Shown piece by piece: positions 1 to 16,839 of a stretch of DNA of 64,000 bases. A program made the position numbers and the translations under genes. Within the stretch, counting starts at the first letter, position 1. Each line of letters starts with the position of its first letter. The DNA comes from Eledone cirrhosa (taxonomy: Eukaryota), in assembly GCA_964016885.1 (NCBI GenBank), contig OZ024742.1, forward strand, positions 193,440,001 through 193,504,000, in the 5' to 3' direction. The notes below the pieces were generated by a model. That model ran no database searches, was not told the origin of the DNA, and saw nothing but the letters and a program-made list of their open reading frames with translations.

Positions 1-800
1 ACATGTCAAGGTCGTCCCTTATGAAGCTTTTTATGTGTTTTAGAAAAGGTTTAAGCAGAATATCTAGGAAGTAGCCTAGGCAGTGGATTTCACATGTGTT
101 ACCTGCTATTATGGGTTTTAATTTAAGGTCATCAGCAGGGGGTGTATTGATGTAAATGTCTGTGGATTCATTGCAGGCCCTGCCTATTACTACGCTTTTG
201 TGTGTCTTTGGGATACTGTAGAAAAGGCTGGTTTTGCTTTTGAAATTGGTGATGTGTAAAGGGCTGTTAGGGGTTTTAGGTTTTTCATTATTTCCTGTTG
301 TGTGTAGTGTTGGGCCTTTTCGTAATATGTTTAGTTTTCTAGAGTTGAGAGTACTAGGGTCGTGTAGTAATCTGTCTTCATAAGGACTACTACACTCCCT
401 TTATCCGCCTCTTTGATTGTTAGGGTGTTGTCGTTCTTTAGACTGTTAAGACCATTCCATTGTTTTTTGCCTAGATTTGGTATTTGTTTATGTCTGTGTA
501 GGTGGTGGTATGGGTAATTAGTAATGTGTTTCCCAGAATTGATCGAGGAATTTCTTCTTGCCTTTTGGTGGGGTGTAGTTGCTTCTATGTATTCCTATTA
601 AGTCATCCTCATTGTGTTTCTCGTATAGATTTCGGGGTAGTTTGTTCGTTGGGGATTTGGTGTAAATTTCCGACATTTGGAGAGTATGTTGATTTGGTCG
701 GTTGTTAATTCTACAGGGATGAAATTAAGGAATTTTATTACATTTTGTGTCTCCTGTGTGTTTTGTGTTATCTCGTTACTCTGTGTTTGTGTGCTCTGTC
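1..800 (-). mobile_element. Penelope-like element, decayed reverse transcriptase N-terminal part (runs off window start)
   Basis: Manual minus-strand translation gives PLE RT motifs NSLKNDNTLTIKEADKGSVVVLM (~380-450), SLFYSIPKTHK (~195-230) and FKPIIAGNTCEIHCLGYFLDILLKPFLKHIKSFIRDDLDM (1-125); frames interrupted. Confidence 0.85.
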
Positions 801-1633
801 TAAAAAATTACTACGGAAATTGTGGTGGTTGTTGAAGTTTGGATGTCTCTTAAAACTTTAAGAGACATCCAAACTATTGGCCCCTGCTGTTGTTGTTAGA
901 GGGTGTGTAGCTGTGGTGGTTGTATCGTGTGTTTGTATTTAGCCCTGCTGATATTGTAGGGTGTGTAGATTTGATGCACGTTTTTATAGGGTGTGTAGTT
1001 GTGGTGGTTATTGAAGTTAGGTTGTATCGTATGGTTGTTGTAGAGTGTGTAGACTTGGTGGTAGTTTTAGTAGGATTGTCTTGTGTGGTTATATTGAGTC
1101 CTACTGTTGTTTTATGGTGTGTAGTTATGGTGGTTGTAGTGGTTTTGGTGTCTCGTGTGGTTGTATTGTCCCCTGCTGGTGTTATTATAGGATGTGGTTA
1201 GTGGAGGAGGGTAGATTAGGGTTTCCTTATAGTTGGTGTGTGGCATGTGTGGTAGTTGTGTATTTTGGGTTCTATGTTGAAAGTAATGATGATTGTGGTT
1301 TTGTTGTGTGGGGATGTTAGGGGTTTGTAAGGGTGGGGGGTTTCTATGGTATGTCCTGGTGGGAGAGAAGTTGTAGTGTCTATCTTGTAGCACATGTCTC
1401 TCTATTACTATATTTCTTGCTTGGGATTCCGTGTCGTAGTTATGTGATGTGTGTAGGGAGTAGCTGCGAGGTGATGCCTTCTGTTTTGAGTATGTGGGGA
1501 GGTATTGTTTTATTGTTGTTGGTGGTTGTTGTTTGGTGTTTGGGTGGTGATTGGGTTTTCTTGTTATTTTGGTTTTAATGAAGGGGTTCTTGGATGCGTG
1601 TTCTTTTTGAAAAAGTGTTTCATAGTTAGAGAA

Positions 1634-1954
1634 TCAGGTTTCGTTTATTTCCCAACGTTGAATGTATTTTAATTCTTCCTTATTACAGTCCTTTAACCAT
1701 AGTTTTGAAATATTTTCTAGGTTGGTGTCTTTGGTTTTATTGACAATTGCTTGATTAATCTCATCGTCGATTGATTTGATCATATCTTCATTTGGCTGGG
1801 CTCTCAATTTAAGGAGTTCAATTTCGGTTTTTCTGTTATCAAGTGCCATTCTTTCCTTGAGGCGTCTTTGTGTCTCGGATTCGTTTGGGATGGATTTAAT
1901 TTGTAGTTTGCGGTGAAGGATTAATGGGGATGAGTTAATCCATTGTTCATACAT
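1634..1954 (-). pseudogene. Probable N-terminal coding fragment of the same minus-strand PLE
   Basis: 106-aa charged/helical ORF upstream of, and on the same strand as, the RT, separated by a low-complexity ACA-rich tract; no diagnostic motif. Confidence 0.4.
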
Positions 1955-1959
1955 CTCCG

Positions 1960-3130
1960 CTTTGTTATTATTTTGTATCTTCTTCCAAAAGGAGAATATC
2001 TAATAGAATGTTCAACATTCCACTTCAAACAAGAAAAATATTTCACAGTTAAATACAACTTTATATATGCATCTGAAAACCTAATCTATGTTTTGACCTG
2101 CTCAGAATGTCGAGAGCACTGCATGGGACGGACAAAAAACAGCTTCTGACAGCGGATGACCGTCCATAGATCGCAAATCAAAATACAGTAATACATAAAG
2201 ATTGCTTTTAGTGAACATATCACTAATTGTGCACCTAACCAACAACCAAACTTAAAAATGTTCCCCATTTACAAATTCATAGACAACGCTTCTTTCATCC
2301 TTCGTAACCAATATGGAAACGTACTTTATTAACAAATTCCGACCTCTACTTAATGGACTAAACTTCGGTCTAAACTAAAACTGGAACGAACAATGAACCA
2401 AAGCCACAAATTCCTATGTGCTGTAAGGAGTTACCTCCCCTACACCCTACCTAATCCTTTTTCTTATATAAATGAATTACACTCTCTCATCTCTCTCTCC
2501 CCTACCCGACGACCCTGAATTACCTCCCCAGCATATTAACTCTCTAAAAAGGGAAAACATATCCCACCCCAGACAACCATATGCCTCCATGGATCAACCA
2601 AGCGCTCTTGCCATAAAAACACTTTTTGAACTGCTTATCCTCAAGAACTATGCCTGTAAATAATAGTGTTCTTTCTTTCCCATTACCTTATCATGTTCCA
2701 CAACACTCCCTTTGTTCTTTGTTATTTTTACTTCAAAAATCTTGTTTGTAAATAACATGATTACTTCTTCACCATTTCCTTAACATGTTCAACATCACCA
2801 ACATTTTACACCAATACAAATTCCCCCCTTTGATAATGAATAAATTGCTGAATATATTGCTGAAACTTTATAATACAATGGGAACAAACAATAGTACCAC
2901 TTATTGTGTCGCAGATGTGTGGCGAAAGAACTTTCATAGACTATATATATTTATATTTATATCTGTATTTTTAACAGTTGGTCAATCAACGATAAACATT
3001 GATTTCCAAATAAACTAACTATGGAGATATAAACGATACAGAAACGAAACCAACCCAAACCAAACAGTGAGTGTGTTCTGTTATTATTTCTGGCAATATT
3101 ATAACAATATGTTCCTCCCCAAGTATAACA
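1960..3130 (+). mobile_element. PLE 3' part: decayed GIY-YIG endonuclease plus 3' UTR/pLTR, inverted relative to the RT at 1-800
   Basis: ECSTFHFKQEKYFTVKYNFIYASENLIYVLTCSECREHCMGRT then QRMTVHRSQI match the PLE EN pattern (N-LIY-x-C-xx-C, YVG-T, R-xx-H); ends at (TA)n at ~3135. Confidence 0.75.
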
Positions 3131-3134
3131 ATTT

Positions 3135-5995
<2,861 letters not shown>

Positions 5996-6798
5996 TATAC
6001 ATAAACTCCCATATACATACATTCAAACATATACTTACGTACATATATCTCTGTATATATATATATATATATATACATATATCTCTGTATATATATATAT
6101 ATATATAAATTTATATATATGTACGTACATCTATTTGTTCATACCTAGAGGCCAATGAGTGGACATTTACACAGATATATGTACATATATATGCATAATG
6201 TATGCATTCTTTTCTTAACGTATCACCCAATTATTTCGCCACACATAATCAGGCAATTTGTATTTTAATTACGAAACAATATTCTGTTTTCAGCTATCTC
6301 AACAATACTTTCATCTCTTCCTCCTTTATGTTTGATCTTCATATTACAGCGAGGACATGCTATTTCTCCCATATTTACACAATATTAAATAGCTATTTGT
6401 AATCGTAAAGTTTGATCTAATTATACATGAATTCGGTAAGAATGTTTGATAATTTATGAAGGGAAATATTTTACTCTATAATCGAATAAATGGAATTGTT
6501 ATAAATTCATATTACACTAAGTGGTTATTAGTACAATGAATGAAATCTCAATGTACCGCTGTCAATACATATTAACATGAGTTTGTGATTAGCGCTTGCT
6601 TATATATTCTCCGGTGTTTATGACAATGCATAACAAGTTATTGGTTGTAACTTCCTTTTCAAAGGAATTTCTGTGTATTGAAAATTCTTAAGATTACCTC
6701 GGAAGAGAAAGTCACAAAGACAGAAATGCATTGTCCGACAAATATAAATGTTTATAACTTATTTAGAGCACTCAACAGTTTACTTGAGTAAATATTCG

Positions 6799-7079
6799 AT
6801 GATATTAAATAAATGGAAACTATATTTATAAAACCATATTTATTTTATTATATATATTTCAAGGGTACCAAGACAACATTGGTACGCTTTCACCAGATAA
6901 AATACAAAGTTTGTTTTATAAATAGAGACATACCCATGAAAATCATACCTTATCGGTTGGAAATTCACTATCCAGTGTTTCTATTTATAAAATAAACTTT
7001 GTATTTTATCTGATGAAATATAATATATCATGACATAAATATGGTGTTATAAATATAGTTTCCATTTATTTAATATCAT
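6799..7079. repeat. Fold-back (inverted) element next to (TA)n, probable inverted PLE pLTR
   Basis: Outer arms ATGATATTAAATAAATGGAAACTATATTTATA and inner arms TTTCACCAGATAAAATACAAAGTTTGTTTTATAAATAGA each match their reverse complement on the right; related single copy at ~17015-17135. Confidence 0.75.
6841..6904 (-). ncRNA. Type I minimal hammerhead ribozyme (one core substitution)
   Basis: Minus strand: UAUUUUAU / CUGGUGA / AAGCGUACCAA-uguuguc-UUGGUACCCUU / GAAA / UAUAUAUA / AUAAAAUA; 8-bp stem I, stem II of 10 bp with one mismatch, palindromic stem III. Confidence 0.7.
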
Positions 7080-8684
7080 TGTATATATATATATATATAT
7101 AAATGTAAGTCCAAAGAATCTTTAGATAAAATATGTACAGTATTTCCTCTCCCAATCAGTATAAATTACCCGCACAAAAAATAATTTAAACGAGGCTATA
7201 AGTTTAAAATGTACTCATGAAGAAATATTAGACAAATGATACAGATTCTTTTCCGCGATGTACACCCATATGACACTTACCTAATATTTCTTCCAGTCTG
7301 TAGAAATTGACTGGACAAATAGTTAACTACACGGAATTATATACAAAATTGATTATTTCGGAGGATTTCCGAAATGTTTAAAACTAATATATGCCTTATT
7401 TCCTCTTTTTTATTTGTGTCTGATATCGGGTCTGTGAGTAAGAAACGTTGATTTATAGAATTATGGATGAAATGAAGACAACTTAACACAACGATGACGT
7501 AAACAGGTACTCAATTCCAATGGCAGAAATTTGTTATTTGATGTTTCTGAATGTTGAGCTACATTCCTATCTAGAAAAGCAATCAAAAGAGTTAACATTT
7601 TATGAAATTGTAGGATTTCAGAAGAGACTAACGGAAAATCATTTATTCTCAAATCACATGCAATGCTTTTCTTGTGCACAGAATAACCTAATTTATTTTT
7701 ACAATGTGTATTTTGAATGATAAATATGTCGAAATATTTTATTTTGCAATAAATGATATAATTCTGTTCATCAGCAATAGATTTCCATCAATAAAAAAAT
7801 CAAATAATTTATGAAATTACAAAGCCTGAATTCAGCTTCTTTGCAAAATAATTCTATAACTATTTACTGTAGGCATTTATTTAATTATCCTCCCTTCTTT
7901 CATCCTTATTTATGTGTTCCTTTCTTTCATTCTATTACTCATCACCTGCTTTTTCTTATATTAGTTCTATCTTTCTTAATTCCGATTTCCTTATATTTTT
8001 TTCTCATGTTCTCCTTTTCTATATTTATGTTTCTATTTCATTCATTTTCCCTTTTGCATTTAATATTCATTACGTATTTCTAGTTTTACTTTCTTATTTT
8101 CTACAATCGTGCCATTTTTTCTTCCCAAATTATTTTTATATATGGCGTTGTTTTCTCATTATTAGTTATTGTTTTATTTCCGTGTACCTATTCACGAATT
8201 GGACATTTGAACAAGCATTGGTACATAGAACCTTAGTGACAATAATGCAACAGTGTGTACACTTAGCCTGACAGATTACTAAGAATATTTATAGTTATTT
8301 CCAGTTCACTAAGCGTGTTGCTTAGTGTACTGCGCCATTTAATCTCCGTTCTGAAATGATATACAAGAGAAATCATTTACATGCAAGATTGTTTTCCTAC
8401 AATACCAAAATACTAAGCTTTGAAATCACGATATATCAGTCTTCAATCTCTTAGGAATGCGTTGTATTTCACAAAATAAAAAGAAGCAAGATTATTAATA
8501 TTGTTGTTGATGTTGATTTTGCCTCTCTTCTTCCTAACTGATTGAAGTTGATTTAGCGAAGATTATAATATCTTTCTGGCAAAACAAGAAAGAAAATACT
8601 TGAAGAAATTATTTTTAGTTCTTTACATTTCAGATGTATACAGTGATACATATCCTTTTCTCAGAAAACAAATCAAAACTGACA

Positions 8685-8689
<5 letters not shown>

Positions 8690-8760
<71 letters not shown>

Positions 8761-8878
8761 TGTGTGCGACGCGGAGAGAGTGACAGAGAGAGAGAGGAAA
8801 TAGAGAGAGAGAGAGAGAGAGAAAGAGAAATTGAGTGAGAGGCGGAGAGATTGAGAGAGAGAGAGAAAGTGAGTGCGA

Positions 8879-8916
<38 letters not shown>

Positions 8917-8935
8917 AGAGAGAAGATAGAGATAG
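8690..8935. repeat. (GA)n microsatellite / low-complexity tract
   Basis: Seen directly. Confidence 0.95.
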
Positions 8936-9226
8936 TGGGTGTGTTTCTTAGAATACTTACGAAACTCCAACTGAATCTTTTTCTTTTGTAAATATTTTAT
9001 ATTTTATAATCATTTGTAATAGTTTAATGCTTTTGGTGTATCCATAACGCATTATGTAAACGTGTAGAAGTTTTACATGAAACACTTGATCTAAATACAA
9101 ACATGATGTTCTGTATGACAAAACTCCGTTTCAATGATTACGTGTGGGGTGAAATAAAGCCTATTGCTATGTGCAGATCTGAAGATTCCCTGACTGATTT
9201 CCAACTTATTTTAATAATATTATTAA

Positions 9227-9493
9227 CAAATAAAGTACCAGTAATACACTGGGTATTAGCTGGCCTTGTGCCTAAAGTAGAAATAATTATTAACACATAA
9301 TGGCGATGGATTGGCAGTATCGGTAGAGGGTCGGTCGCCATGCTTTGACGAATAGAGATAGGCCCTTGCCATTCTGAGTTCAAATCCCGACGAGGCTAAC
9401 TTTGTCTTTCATCCTTACGGGGTCGATAACATAAAGTACCAGCAATGCAGTGGGTAATTGCTGGCCTTGTGCCAAAAAGGAGAAACAATTATT
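9227..9493 (+). mobile_element. tRNA-derived SINE (9301-9493) preceded by a 3' half copy (9227-9290)
   Basis: Box A-like TGGCAGTATCGG, box B GAGTTCAAATCCC, central CTTTCATCCTTACGGGGTCGATAA..AAGTACCAG, tail TGCTGGCCTTGTGCC..AGAAACAATTATT; many copies in the window. Confidence 0.85.
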
Positions 9494-10283
9494 CACCTTT
9501 AAAACATTGCCTTTCATTCGCCTGAATATTTATAACAATATAAAATGTATAAATTCAATGTTAATGTTGAAATATATTTAGTATGTTATAGTATATTGTT
9601 GACATTAATTATGACTAAATATGTTTAACTTTAATAAAGTAGTATTGGCTATAAAGGTATAAATTACATTCAGTTGTTACTTTAATTTATTCAGAATATA
9701 TTTCAAATGTTTGTACCATATGCAAGTGATCAAAATAATAGTCAATATCTATAATTAATAGATGTGAAAATCGGGAAAAATAACCCGAGATAGGGACAAA
9801 AGTACCTTACGTGTAAGATGGACAATAGACTGAGTGCAACTTTATAATATTTAATTCACCTTATTGCGGGACACTATAGTACCTATCTACTGTCGGAGTT
9901 TCTGTTGTATCTTAAACAGTGATCATGACACAGTTAACTCACTAACTGTGGAAAACATATAGCATTAAGAAATGTTATACATCTTCAGTATCAGATACGA
10001 TATCACACATACACACACAAAAACACACACACGCGCACACACACACACACAACATACACACACACGCACACTCACACACACACACACTCACTCTAACACA
10101 CATATATACACACACATATTATTTCTGTTCAAGTTCTAGATGTCTGACGAGGTCATAGCTTTTGAATGATTTTTGAATGATTGTTATCACCGAAATATAT
10201 ATAACAGCGAATATGATTAAACGAAGTTAATTTTAACCTGTTGACATACACTTCGTGTTTACTGTTTATATATATATATAGTG

Positions 10284-10316
<33 letters not shown>

Positions 10317-10549
10317 CCGTGCGTCTGTGTGTGTGTGTGTGAGTGTGTGCGATGTTCATTTGCATTTAGTATTGTCATAACCGGCTGTCATTAATAATTA
10401 TCAGTGGCACTAATATGGCGTTGTTGATAATAGAGCCATATATATCAACCACGGTGCATATGTACCGCTATAATAAATAATCGCATTGTATAGCTTTTTA
10501 TACATACCTCACTGATATACATTTCTATGGTAGTGCTATTGCTAATAAA

Positions 10550-11450
10550 TTCTTCTTTCTCTTTGCACCAAATATTTCTGAGAGCACCCTGAGAAGATAG
10601 TTCTCAGAAACGACATCGCGTGGGTCCTATCAGAAGCAACCATACTTCGGTTGGTTTGCCCATAAAATCTGTGCAGCAATTCTTTCTTAAACATTCTAAC
10701 TGCATGTCTGTAGTACAAAAGTGGTGATCTTTCGATGCGGACAAGTAACGGCGCTACTTGGAGAGACTCTTTTATATCCGATCCCCGAGCTTCAATCTCT
10801 ATCGAGCAACGCCACTCCAAATCCCATTCAAAAGAACCCAAATTCGGACACTTGTATTCGATATCGTATTATTTTTCTTCATACCCAAGATTCAGGACAT
10901 TAATCACGAATTGAAGATAGCGAGGTTGGCTTTTATATGTGCCTCTCTTTTTCTGATGACGGAGTAGTGAAGTTGATGCATTCCACTTCCTGCCTTTTAT
11001 CAATCGTGAAGATAACCTTGTGATACTTGAACCTTTCTACTCAAATGTATTGATCATGACGCAGTTCTTCTCCAATTTATACATGTCTCAATTTTCGCAA
11101 CGCCTCGTTCATACATTTCACGCCACATATCCTCCTCCGACGAATTAAATATTACCATGTCCTCTGCAAATATCAGCTCTCTGATCTTAGACCTGCCAGG
11201 CTTCGTATCACTTCCAGGCCGGCTGCGCACGTCAATCATGTTCATAAAGATTAATAACAGGAGAGAGGGAAATATGCACCCTTGGTGTGTTCTGACATCC
11301 AGATGGAATGGATTCGATGTAGAACCATTCCTCACAACACAAATATTAGAGGATTCATGTAGATAAGTCAAAGCAACTAGAAGCTATCTGTAGATCCCAT
11401 ACTCCTACAGAATCTCCACGCACTTATCCCGGACAGCAGGCGTGGTGGAG
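10550..11450 (-). mobile_element. Decayed RTE-clade LINE fragment (RT and C-terminus)
   Basis: NGSTSNPFHLDVRTHQGCIFPSLLLLIFMNMID..LIFAEDMVI (degenerate QG and F-ADD motifs) and DIKESLQVAPLLVRIERSPLLYYRHAVRM. Confidence 0.75.
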
Positions 11451-11661
11451 GAATTCTTATTACAAAATTGGCATATTGTCTACCAGAATACTTTATTTGG
11501 TTATCTAAAGTCAGATTCTAGCTTAAACAAAACGACCCCCGTGTCTTAACCTTACATGCATGTAGTGTCTCTGCCACGACTTTTCGCAAATGCTTATACA
11601 CCTAATATATTTGTCTATTTTACGTATACATTGATACATATATACATATGTATACATACAT

Positions 11662-11747
<86 letters not shown>

Positions 11748-11972
11748 GAATATGTGTTCCTACACGCACAAGGCGCTAAGGGACACATGTATTGTCCAAC
11801 CATATGCCAATATGTTGCCGTATGGACTCCTTTTATTTTTGAGACTCGAAACCGATTCGGTAAAGGTAACTATAGTAAGTAAAGTAAATTTTTAAAAATT
11901 TATTTTGAAACTTTTTCTTATTTGCTAAACCTTGATTATATATATAAATGTAATCTGAGTTTTTCAAATATT

Positions 11973-12165
11973 AATAATTGTTTCTACATTTGGCACAAGG
12001 CCAGCAATTAACCAGTGCATTACTGGTACTTTATTTTATCAACCCCGTAAGGATGAAAGGCAAAGTTGACCTCGGCAGGAATTGAACTCCTACTGTAAAG
12101 GGCCGTAACTCTATGCTGCAAAGCATGGCGTCCGACCTTCTACCGATACTACCAATCAACCGCCA
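11973..12165 (-). mobile_element. tRNA-derived SINE
   Basis: Reverse complement of the SINE at 9301-9493. Confidence 0.85.
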
Positions 12166-14550
12166 TTTTCGAATATTAATAATAATATTCGATTCGTTGG
12201 TAATTATGCAAACAAGCTTCATTCTAAAAGCCATGTCAGTAGAATGAGCCCCTGCATATATATACATGACACATACAAGAATATATGTTGAGGAATGTGT
12301 CTTTGTATATTTCTATTGTTAGTGTTTTTATGTTATATTAAACTTCTTCAACGCTAATGAGATTAGTCGTAATTACTTCCTCTCATATTACGGCCGACCG
12401 TCTATTTCCTCCTTCCTGTATAAAATCTCTTGAAACTAAGTTTTATAATTACGTGCTGATTACTTTCTAAAAATATAAGAAAAAATAAATGATCGGGTTC
12501 TAAGCGTATTAATTCTTATTCATTGGCCACAATAAAGAAAATAAAACAATGTAAGACCTTTCTAAATTCTTTTCGATCACGTCTATTACCGTAGGTTTCT
12601 ACCTAAAATTGTTTTGTTCTGTGTTATAAATAAGGAAGTGTGATGTTCAGCCTATACAATCATATTACAACAAAAGACTTTCTAAAAGAATTTCAACTGT
12701 ACAGAATTGATTTTACGGCTCATGTTATAATATTATGAAACAAAAATAGAACTATTACAAATAGTTTGTATTTCCTTTCTTTTAGCTTTTCCTATAGGAT
12801 ATTCACTCTTTATTTATCCCATGAATATCTTTTATATCGTCATGGATTTTATGTAGTTATGTTTTATTTCATCTATATTTTCAATCCATTAAATATAATT
12901 TTATCAACGCGTCTCCATTATGTGAGAAGAAACTAAACTAAAGAATCTAAGAAATCTCTTAGCAAATGCTGAAGTGCTCTACTTCAATAATACCAAAACG
13001 AAGCTTCGGGCATTTTTTTTTTTATTAGTTGACTGTAATTTTGAAATTGTGTGTGATTTGAAAATAGATTACTTATACAAAGTAAACATTCTCTCACGTA
13101 CACTTAAAAGTTTTCATGTAAAAATATAACAAAGAAAATTTGCCAAACAAAATTGTCTTTGGTAAATGTAACATCTATGAAAGTATATTGTCTATTACAT
13201 TAAGCATGGTTGACGAACATGTCTGAAACTTTTTACTCTCTTTTAGTCATATTCCACATGAATACAATAGAATGAAAAGAAAGGAGAAATTTTCTTTTCA
13301 TATTTGATATGACTGCAAGTAAGAAAAGACAGGTTGATTTTTATTAAGTAGTTTACACTCCCAACTGATACCTTAGATGTGCTGTGTCCTCGCTCTGATT
13401 TTTTTCTGTATTACAATGGATTCTTATTCTCCTAATTGGTTAAATTCGTGTCCAAGCCCTCCAAATATACCACCACTTCTCATATCACCAATTATGTACT
13501 CACCCAATCAACATACTTAGGCCTTCTTTTTCATGACATCAATCCGCAATAACCTACCTAGAGATCTATGTTTCGTTCCCTTCATCTTAATATCCAACAT
13601 GAATTTAAAACTAGCTATAGACACCCTATAGTTTGGTAGTAAAGTCAATCGAATGGAATTAATAACCTTTTGCTACTGCTTATTGTGATGAGGACGGGTA
13701 ATAGATAGCCATTTTTGCCATGCCTCCGAATTCTTGTAATTGAGTAAGCGTTGTTGACGCAAGCCAATGTTCAAGTTGTGATACTACTCCGGGTAACTTA
13801 TGATTATACCAGTCAAGAAAATATATTTTCAAAACAAAAGGGCTAAACCATTTGAGTGTTCATCAAATAGTGGTTTCATTACAATGATCATCCAATCAGG
13901 TCAATGACAGTTCCTGTCATTTAGACACTTGTTAGAGAGATAACGTAGACGTATTAGTTATAAAATGTAAAAAGAGGAACCAATAGCAGCAACATCATTT
14001 CAACACCCTCTCTTAAAAAGTGGAAATAGTCATTCGTTAATACGTGGATGCACTAAGGCTGAAACATATAATCGGAGAGACCACTTAGCGGTAAATAGGA
14101 GCAACATCAATAAAAACGACTAAAATAGGAGCAACATCAATAAAAACGACTACTACAACTACTACTACAACTACTACTACTACTACAAAACAAAACAAAG
14201 AGTTGGTATTTTGATATAGTAGGTGTTAGACGTCGACATTATTTTGCCTATTGTATTTAATTTTAAAGAATATATTGGCTACACAATTTCTTATAATTAA
14301 ATATTGTTAGGTGATTTTAATATTTATATATATATAATAAAATAAAAATATGAGAAAAAACATTTTTGTTTCGTCTGATTTGATTAGTCTGTGTTTGGTT
14401 GATAAAAAATTAAAATAATATAATGTAACATTTAATTAAAATTATGGTTTATTCAGATAACACTCCCTTAAACAGACATACATGTATATGGGGGGTAAAT
14501 CCCACCAAAATGAGGCAATTATCTACATGCACACACAGTCACACACACAC

Positions 14551-14587
<37 letters not shown>

Positions 14588-14797
14588 CTCTCTCTCTCTC
14601 TCTCTCCCTCTCTCTCTCTCTCTCACACACACGCACACATACACACACACACACTTTTATATATATTTTCGCGTGTGGTTGATGGCTGAGGGAAAGAATA
14701 CTCTATAGAGAAGGAGAATTTTAATATTCCTTTTATTAAAGCCAAATAGTGAGTCGTGTAACCCAGTAACACAACTCACAATTTAACCTTAATAAAA

Positions 14798-14862
<65 letters not shown>

Positions 14863-15174
14863 AATTACATAATAAACAACACCATATAATTGTTGTATTG
14901 TCAAACGTTTCAGGAAATTAAACAATCCTTAGAGAAATGTCCAGCCCGTTCATCAGATGAAATAATCGTCTAGTTTCTAGAAACCTTTGGTAATGGAATA
15001 ATTATGTCATGTTTTTTATTATGTAATATCATAGCTCTGTACTATACAGAGAGCACTCTTTTTGCTTTACCTTTTCTACGGAAATACTTAACACACAAAC
15101 TCACACACAAACTCACACACAAACTCACACACACACATGAACACACACACACACACACGCATACACACGCATAC

Positions 15175-15235
<61 letters not shown>

Positions 15236-16358
15236 CAAATTTCTCATTTGCTATCCAAAACGGTATAGGTTCAACCGTCAGACAATGAATACCTATAGCA
15301 TTATCTGCATTTTACTTTCCTAAAGTATAAAAACTAATTTGAATAATAGTTCAAACTTCTTTTCCGTATTTGTCGTAATAAATGTGTGCATGTGTATGTG
15401 TATGTGAATTTGTGTTTGTATATATTGAAATTATGTTGTTTATTGTAAGCTACAGAGTCTTACAAATTTGGAATATAAATCCCCTCTCAATGCTTTGTCG
15501 TCTTGTTGTTCCACCATTTAATAGTCAAACCGTTTAATTTCAAATTTCGAAATGTTATTGCTTCATAAACACCTGTTTCTATGTTCGTATATATGAGTGT
15601 ATGTGTGTTTTTATGTATGCATGTATGTATGTACGTATGTATGTATGAATCTAGTCCAATCCACGGCTTTCTCACTCTGTTGGTGAATGCCCACTATGGT
15701 TGAACTCCGTCGCTTTTGGTTTTGATCATGTCTTCAGTGGGTGTACCTGTACTCGCCACGCTTGGTCAGTTAATGGTTGATGAATCTATTTAATTCATAG
15801 TTGGGGTTGATGGTCGTTGAATTTGTTTATCCGCTCTTTAAGAGCTCTTGATTTTGGGGTTGCTGAGGTTCCACTTTATAAGTGCTCATAAATGAATAAA
15901 CACATTATGCTATAATATATAATAGATGTTATAAAATAGTCGTTGAATTCATAAACACCCGCGATATTGTATACCCACAATACATGTAATAATGGCTATA
16001 TTGATTATATTTTACTATATTGTGTTTGTATATATCTATATATATAAAACAGAGAATGTCTGTCTTTCTCCCTAATACTTGAGAACCACCCAACCGATTC
16101 TTTTCAAACTTTACAAATGTAATACGTATGGTCGTGTGAGTGATTTGAGCAAGAAATATTTCAAATTTTCAATTCCCTAGGGCCCGTATTAGGCGCCAAT
16201 TAACTATCTGTCTATAATTATTAGTCTGTCTTTTTAGATAGATACATAGCTATGATGTCGCGCACTTATAATATCTGTCTGTCTGTCTGTCTGACTGCGT
16301 TATGCCATTATGACACTATCTGTGTGTGTGTGTATATATATGTATATATATATATATA

Positions 16359-16442
<84 letters not shown>

Positions 16443-16445
16443 GTA

Positions 16446-16531
<86 letters not shown>

Positions 16532-16671
16532 TTAGGTATAGGATTATCCAAGATGTAGTAAGGGTTAATTACTACACTGGATATGGTTGACGTACGGTGA
16601 GAGGTTACTCTACGAGTTATGGAAGAATTGTTGAAGAAACTTAGTTCCTGATCCTTCTGTATTCCGGAGTG

Positions 16672-16839
16672 TATATAAAGAATGAATAATAACAGGTAGA
16701 CATCATAAAAAGGTAATTTATTCCGTGTGCATACAAATGTTTCCACGGTGGTACTACAGCCTAGTTATGCTATGTGCAAATATTTGTAAGCACACGGAAT
16801 AAATTACCTTTTTATGATGTCTACCTATTATTATTCATT

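Noticed and set aside
2890-2945. CCAC..GTGGC-GAAAG-AAC-TTTC as an HHR in the first PLE 3' region (similar weak hits near 15720 and 19360)
   Set aside because: One core half missing or too degenerate to call.
9301-9390. tRNA-like box A/B sequences
   Set aside because: They are heads of a multicopy SINE with no cloverleaf; not tRNA genes.
14093-14152. 30-bp direct tandem duplication
   Set aside because: Two adjacent copies without spacers; ordinary slippage, not CRISPR-like.
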